In this document: positions 59,979 through 64,000 of the stretch, piece after piece
Numbering within the stretch: the first letter of the stretch is position 1
Layout of the letters: each line of letters begins with the position of its first letter
Made by a program: the position numbers and the translations under genes
Notes under the pieces: model-generated
What the model was told of the DNA's origin: nothing
Databases searched by the model: none
The model's input: only the letters and a program-made list of their open reading frames with translations
Assembly (NCBI GenBank): GCA_031425695.1
Contig: JANPJV010000116.1
Span: 120-64,119 of the forward strand
Source: Rhodanobacteraceae bacterium
GTDB taxonomy: Bacteria > Pseudomonadota > Gammaproteobacteria > Xanthomonadales > SZUA-5
Length of the DNA: 64,000 bases
Reading direction: 5' to 3'

Positions 59979-60917
59979 TCACCTCTGCGCGCGCGCAAGG
60001 CCATTGCACGGTAGCGGGCTGGCATTGGAGATGAAGGCCTCCAGCGGCAGGCCGGGAGCGCGGACCCGGATGCCCAGCTGGTAGCTCATGTTGGGCGCGA
60101 CGACCATCGGCAGGTCGACCGTCGGTGCCGGGCCATTTGCGCGATTGCCGCCCGGCACCTGGGTCGTACGCATCACCGGCCTTGAAAGTCCTTGCGCGCT
60201 GGTGCTGCTTCCGACCTGCTGACGCGCGGGACCGCCGCCGCCACTTGCCCCTGGCAATGGCCGCAAAGTCAGCCGATGCGGCCCGGCCGGCAGACGCACT
60301 CGGCCGAGAACATTGGTGTCCGCCGTCTCCCCGTCGATCTTGACGATCTCCACCTTGCGCACATCCTCCTTGATGCCGATGCGCGCGCCGCCACTGACCA
60401 TGCCGCAACCGCTCAGTGCCTGCGTCATCGATGGCTGGATGGTCAGCGTATAGGCAGGAATCGAGACCAGGTCGGCCGGGCCCTTCAGGCTGAGTTGCTC
60501 GTCGCCACGACGTACCACGAGCGTCAGCTCCCCGTCGCCAGCCGCGACTGCCGCGAGCAGGACCGGACCAGGATCAAGCTGGGTGGTGACGGCTTGATCA
60601 TTGATCGCCAGCAGGCGGTCGCCCACCCGAAGGCCGAGGCGCGCGGCCGCACTGTCAGGCGTGACCGCGAGCACCGGCAGCCCGGTGGCATCGGCCTTGC
60701 GCACGTCCACCACGGCACCGAGCTCGATTCGCTGGCGTTCCGGACGCTCGATCAGCAGCGGCTGGGTGGCGGGCAACTGGCCGGACAGGGCATTGATCAG
60801 CACTTTGTCGATGGCGCGGCTGATTTCCATTTCGGCGGCGCCTTCGGCAGCGGAAGCGCTGTTGCCGGCCACGGTCATGGCCAGGACGAGGGCGGTCTTG
60901 ATCAGTTTGCGGGACAT
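59979..60917 (-). CDS. secreted PDZ-domain protein
   Basis: AGGAG 8 nt upstream. Signal peptide MSRKLIKTALVLAMTVAGNSASA. PDZ-like ..GLPVLAVTPDSAAARLGLRVGDRLLAINDQAV... Confidence 0.75.
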   Translation of the reverse strand: MSRKLIKTALVLAMTVAGNSASAAEGAAEMEISRAIDKVLINALSGQLPATQPLLIERPERQRIELGAVVDVRKADATGLPVLAVTPDSAAARLGLRVGDRLLAINDQAVTTQLDPGPVLLAAVAAGDGELTLVVRRGDEQLSLKGPADLVSIPAYTLTIQPSMTQALSGCGMVSGGARIGIKEDVRKVEIVKIDGETADTNVLGRVRLPAGPHRLTLRPLPGASGGGGPARQQVGSSTSAQGLSRPVMRTTQVPGGNRANGPAPTVDLPMVVAPNMSYQLGIRVRAPGLPLEAFISNASPLPCNGLARAQR

Positions 60918-60927
60918 GGGACGACTC

Positions 60928-61320
60928 CTAGATTCTTATGGTCTGCTGTGCAGACGGTGTAGCGGCTGGTTGCCGCAGCAGGTCTTCGCGCTGGCGCCAA
61001 AGGGGTGCCAGCTCGGCATCGCTGGCGCCGTCGAGGTAGAGCAATTGCAGTTCGCGATCGAGGCTGCGCAGTTGCGCAGCGCGGTCATCCGGAATCGGCG
61101 GCGGGTTCAACGCCGGCTGGCGCACCCAGAGCAGCGGTGCCAGCAGCATCAGCACCGCGGCCGCGGCCGCGGCGACATATCGCAAGCGCTGCGGGCGCCG
61201 TCGTGGATGCAGTTGCGCGTGGGTGGCCTGCAGAGCCAGCCAGACCGATGGCGGTGGCGCTTCTTCCGGCAATTGCGACAGGCGCGCGCGCAGCGCATCC
61301 AGATCATTCTGTTCGCTCAT
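60928..61320 (-). CDS. putative anti-sigma factor (single TM)
   Basis: ATG overlaps the sigma-factor stop (ATGA). Central TM YVAAAAAAVLMLLAPLLW. Confidence 0.6.
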   Translation of the reverse strand: MSEQNDLDALRARLSQLPEEAPPPSVWLALQATHAQLHPRRRPQRLRYVAAAAAAVLMLLAPLLWVRQPALNPPPIPDDRAAQLRSLDRELQLLYLDGASDAELAPLWRQREDLLRQPAATPSAQQTIRI

Positions 61321-61859
61321 CGGGAGTCCTCCCAGGCGATTTTCAGGCGCGCCAATGCGCGCGAGAGCAAGGATTTCGACCAGCTTTCGGTATGTCCGAA
61401 GCGGTCGGCCAATTCGCGATGAGACCAGCCTTCCATCACCGCGAGCCAGACCACGCTGCGGGTCACCGGATCGAGTTGAGACAGCGCCGCGGCGAGATCG
61501 ATCGAGAGTTCGCGATCACCGCTGCCCGGACCCGCGAGTTCGATCTCGTCGATGGCTTCAACCGGGCGCGAGCGTCGCAGCCGGTCGATCGCTAGATTCG
61601 CGGTGATGCGCTTGAGCCACGGGCCGAGTGGGGCGTCTTCGCGAAAACCTGCGAGTGATTGCAGCGCGCGCAGAAAGGTTTCCTGGGTCAGGTCATCGGC
61701 TTCGCTGCGCTGCCCCGACAGCCGCAGTGCGAGCGTGTAGACCCCGGGCGAATGCTTGAGATAGATCGCCGCAAAAGCCGCGTGGTCGCCGCCACGCGCC
61801 TGGCGCAACCAGGCATGTTCGCTGTCGAGGGGAATGGCGAGGCTCATGTTCATGAGCAT
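61317..61859 (-). CDS. ECF (sigma-70 family group IV) RNA polymerase sigma factor; start uncertain (ATGs at 61859, 61853, 61847)
   Basis: ..GDHAAFAAIYLKHSPGVYTLALRL..EADDLTQETFLRA (region 2) and ..SVVWLAVMEGWSHRELADRFGHTESWSKSLLSRA (region 4). Confidence 0.85.
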   Translation of the reverse strand: MLMNMSLAIPLDSEHAWLRQARGGDHAAFAAIYLKHSPGVYTLALRLSGQRSEADDLTQETFLRALQSLAGFREDAPLGPWLKRITANLAIDRLRRSRPVEAIDEIELAGPGSGDRELSIDLAAALSQLDPVTRSVVWLAVMEGWSHRELADRFGHTESWSKSLLSRALARLKIAWEDSR

Positions 61860-62179
61860 AAGTACGGGATGCAGCAGCAAATCGTCGCAGGCCGAATGAA
61901 AACTCGTCGCGGGTCGAACGCCTCGAGATCACGATCAAGGACGAGCGCGTCATCGAGCGCGATTCCGCCAACTACCCGCTGCTGCGTGAGCGCCGCGCCC
62001 GAGATCGAAAGGCACATCGGCGCGAGCGAGGAACATCCTGCAGGCGCCGGCGAAATGGGCATCCCACCGCAGCGACTGCCCAAAGCAACGCCATCATCGC
62101 CGCGAGCGGCGGGCGCCTGGAGCAGGCCGAAGAGGTCGCTGGGAAGTGCGGGCGGCGGCGGACGGCTCCTCGGCTGAAG

Positions 62180-62662
62180 TCAGGCCAGCGCCTGCTCGAT
62201 CGCCGCGATCAGCTCGGGCGCGTCCGGCTTTACCGTGGGCGCGAAACGCGCGACGACCTGCCCATCGCGGCCGATCAGGAACTTCTCGAAGTTCCACTGG
62301 ATGGGCCCGGGAAACGCGGCGCCCTCGCCCGCCAGCCAGTCGTACAGCGGGTTGCGATCTGGACCATTGACGTCGAGCTTGGCCGCGAGTGGGAACGTGA
62401 TCCCGTAGCTCATCTTGCAAAAATGCAGGATCTCGGGCGCCGTGCCGGGCTCCTGTCCGCCAAACTGATTGCACGGCACGCCCAGCACCTCGAAGCCAAG
62501 TGCGTCGTAGCGGCGGGACAAGGCCTCCAGGGACACATATTGCGGCGTCAGCCCACAGCGGCTGGCGACATTGATTACCAGTACCACCTTGCCCGCGAAC
62601 TGCGACAAGGGCAGCGGCTGGCCGTCGATTCCCGGCAGGACAAACTCCGAAAGCGTGCTCAT
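62180..62662 (-). CDS. glutathione peroxidase
   Basis: GGAGAG upstream of the ATG. GKVVLVINVASRCGLTPQY, LGVPCNQFGGQEPG, WNFEKFLI. Confidence 0.92.
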   Translation of the reverse strand: MSTLSEFVLPGIDGQPLPLSQFAGKVVLVINVASRCGLTPQYVSLEALSRRYDALGFEVLGVPCNQFGGQEPGTAPEILHFCKMSYGITFPLAAKLDVNGPDRNPLYDWLAGEGAAFPGPIQWNFEKFLIGRDGQVVARFAPTVKPDAPELIAAIEQALA

Positions 62663-62830
62663 GCGATCTCTCCAGGCGGTGCTGACTGCCGGACAAGCAT
62701 GCCATGCCACGAACCATTGGAGATCTGAGTAGCGTGGCTCTGAGCGCGCGGAAAACCGGGATAGGGCCTTGCATTCCGATCGCGCCAGCGCCGCGTCTCG
62801 CTACGTAGCAAGAGCCCCGCCTCGCCGCCT

Positions 62831-64000
62831 TCACTCGCTCAGCAATCGCAACTCCGCCACGAACTGGTCGTATACCTCTTCGCGCCCCTCGCGCAGTCGC
62901 AGGAGATAAGACGGGTGGACCGTGGCCAGCCCGCGCCGGCCGTTCCCGAGCTCGACCCAGCGCCCGCGCTGTTCCATCAACTTGAACCCGGAACCGAAGA
63001 CGGCCTGCGCTGCGGTCGCTCCGAGCGCGACCACGGTGTCGGGTTGCAGGCGTTCGAACTCGGCCCGCAACCAGTGGTGGCAGGCAGCCTGCTCGGACGC
63101 GTTCGCCCGCTTGTGCAGGCGTACCTTGCCGCGCACTTCGAATTTGAAATGCTTGACCGCGTTGGTCAGGTACAAGCGCGTGCGATCGATCCCGGCATCG
63201 CGCAGTGCCCGGTCGAGCAACTTGCCCGCCGGGCCGACGAAGGGGCGCCCGACCAGGTCTTCCTGGTCGCCTGGCTGCTCGCCCACCAATACGATGCGGG
63301 CATCCTCAGGACCTTCTCCGAACACCGTCTGCGTGGCCGGCTCCCACAAGGGGCACGCGCGGCAACTGCGTGCTTCCGCACGAATGCTGGCGAGTGGCGC
63401 CAGCGGCTCGATCGCTGCCGGCGCAACCTGCGCGATGCGCTTGCGCGGCGCTTCGGCGGGGCGTCGCAGCATGCTCTCGACCGCAACCGGCGCCTGCTGC
63501 AGCAACGTCGGAATCGACTGCGCCTCCGGCAGGTTCTTCCAATATTTCTGCGGCATCTCCTGGCGCATCATGCGTGGATTGAGGCGCGCAGGATTGAAGA
63601 TGCTCGCGTAGTACGTCAGCCAGATGCGCTCGACGGCATCCTCGCGGACGCTGTCGGAAATACGGGCGCCGGCTGCATAACTCAGCACCTCGCCATCCCA
63701 ATGCGCCGATCGATACGGCGTCAGCACCGACCAGTGCATCCCGGTGAAGCGCCGGACAAAAAAAGGCGCTACGCGTTCGAGCACGTACTGCTCGGGCTCG
63801 AACCACGCAATGAAGACGGGCGCCCCGGTGCTGGTGCTCTCCCTGAAGCGCACGAAGGCTTTCATCTTGTGGGTCGCGCGGGTCACGTCTTTCGCCATTG
63901 CGCGAGCACGGCAGATGTCGTCATCGGTCAGGTCTTCCATGAGCCGTGGCGTGCCGTGCTGGATCCGCCACAAGATGCGATAAAGCACGGCGAATCGTTG
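62831..64000 (-). CDS. family-4 uracil-DNA glycosylase domain fused to a DUF4130-type domain; 5' end runs off the window
   Basis: ..LYRILWRIQHG.. and HKMKAFVRF (DUF4130 part), then C..CPLW...TQTVFGEGP..A.IVLVGEQPG..ED..G.PFVGPAGKLLD (UDG family 4). The frame stays open to position 64000. Confidence 0.85.
   Translation of the reverse strand, partial: QRFAVLYRILWRIQHGTPRLMEDLTDDDICRARAMAKDVTRATHKMKAFVRFRESTSTGAPVFIAWFEPEQYVLERVAPFFVRRFTGMHWSVLTPYRSAHWDGEVLSYAAGARISDSVREDAVERIWLTYYASIFNPARLNPRMMRQEMPQKYWKNLPEAQSIPTLLQQAPVAVESMLRRPAEAPRKRIAQVAPAAIEPLAPLASIRAEARSCRACPLWEPATQTVFGEGPEDARIVLVGEQPGDQEDLVGRPFVGPAGKLLDRALRDAGIDRTRLYLTNAVKHFKFEVRGKVRLHKRANASEQAACHHWLRAEFERLQPDTVVALGATAAQAVFGSGFKLMEQRGRWVELGNGRRGLATVHPSYLLRLREGREEVYDQFVAELRLLSE

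Overview
GC-rich bacterial chromosomal segment. Gene content and the REP-type palindromes suggest a Xanthomonadales-like gammaproteobacterium, but that is inference only. I count about 50 supportable genes and see no rRNA, tRNA, CRISPR array, transposase or integrase. Because of the GC content, many long ORFs in the track are antisense artefacts.

Three themes stand out.

(1) A minus-strand locus at 39541-45745 encodes an ABC exporter with two cyclic-nucleotide-binding domains fused to a C39 double-glycine peptidase, plus an HlyD-type partner. It also holds two short ORFs with long acidic leaders ending in ..I[KG]GG and a 334-aa accessory protein. A third peptide of the same type sits about 4 kb away at 35452-35610.

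(2) Every large Sec-dependent beta-helix, Calx-beta or DUF11-type surface protein in the window carries the same short tail, [LIV]-[FIV]-x-[NDA]-G-F-E. In four proteins it ends exactly at the stop codon. In a 3052-aa giant protein it is followed by a further 97-residue domain. I cannot match this to any known C-terminal sorting signal.

(3) Three genes appear disrupted. A Ser/Thr kinase-WD40 gene has one in-frame TAG inside the kinase domain. A hybrid two-component sensor has its AraC output domain in another reading frame. A TPR gene is reduced to a frameshifted remnant.

Housekeeping or accessory genes recognised with confidence include katG, glutathione peroxidase, an S9 peptidase, a family IV esterase, an ADOP-type duplicated permease, a CorA-like channel, an ECF sigma/anti-sigma/PDZ operon, a SnoaL-GNAT-nitrilase operon and a family-4 UDG fusion that runs off the right edge. 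Two families of REP-like palindromes occupy intergenic gaps.
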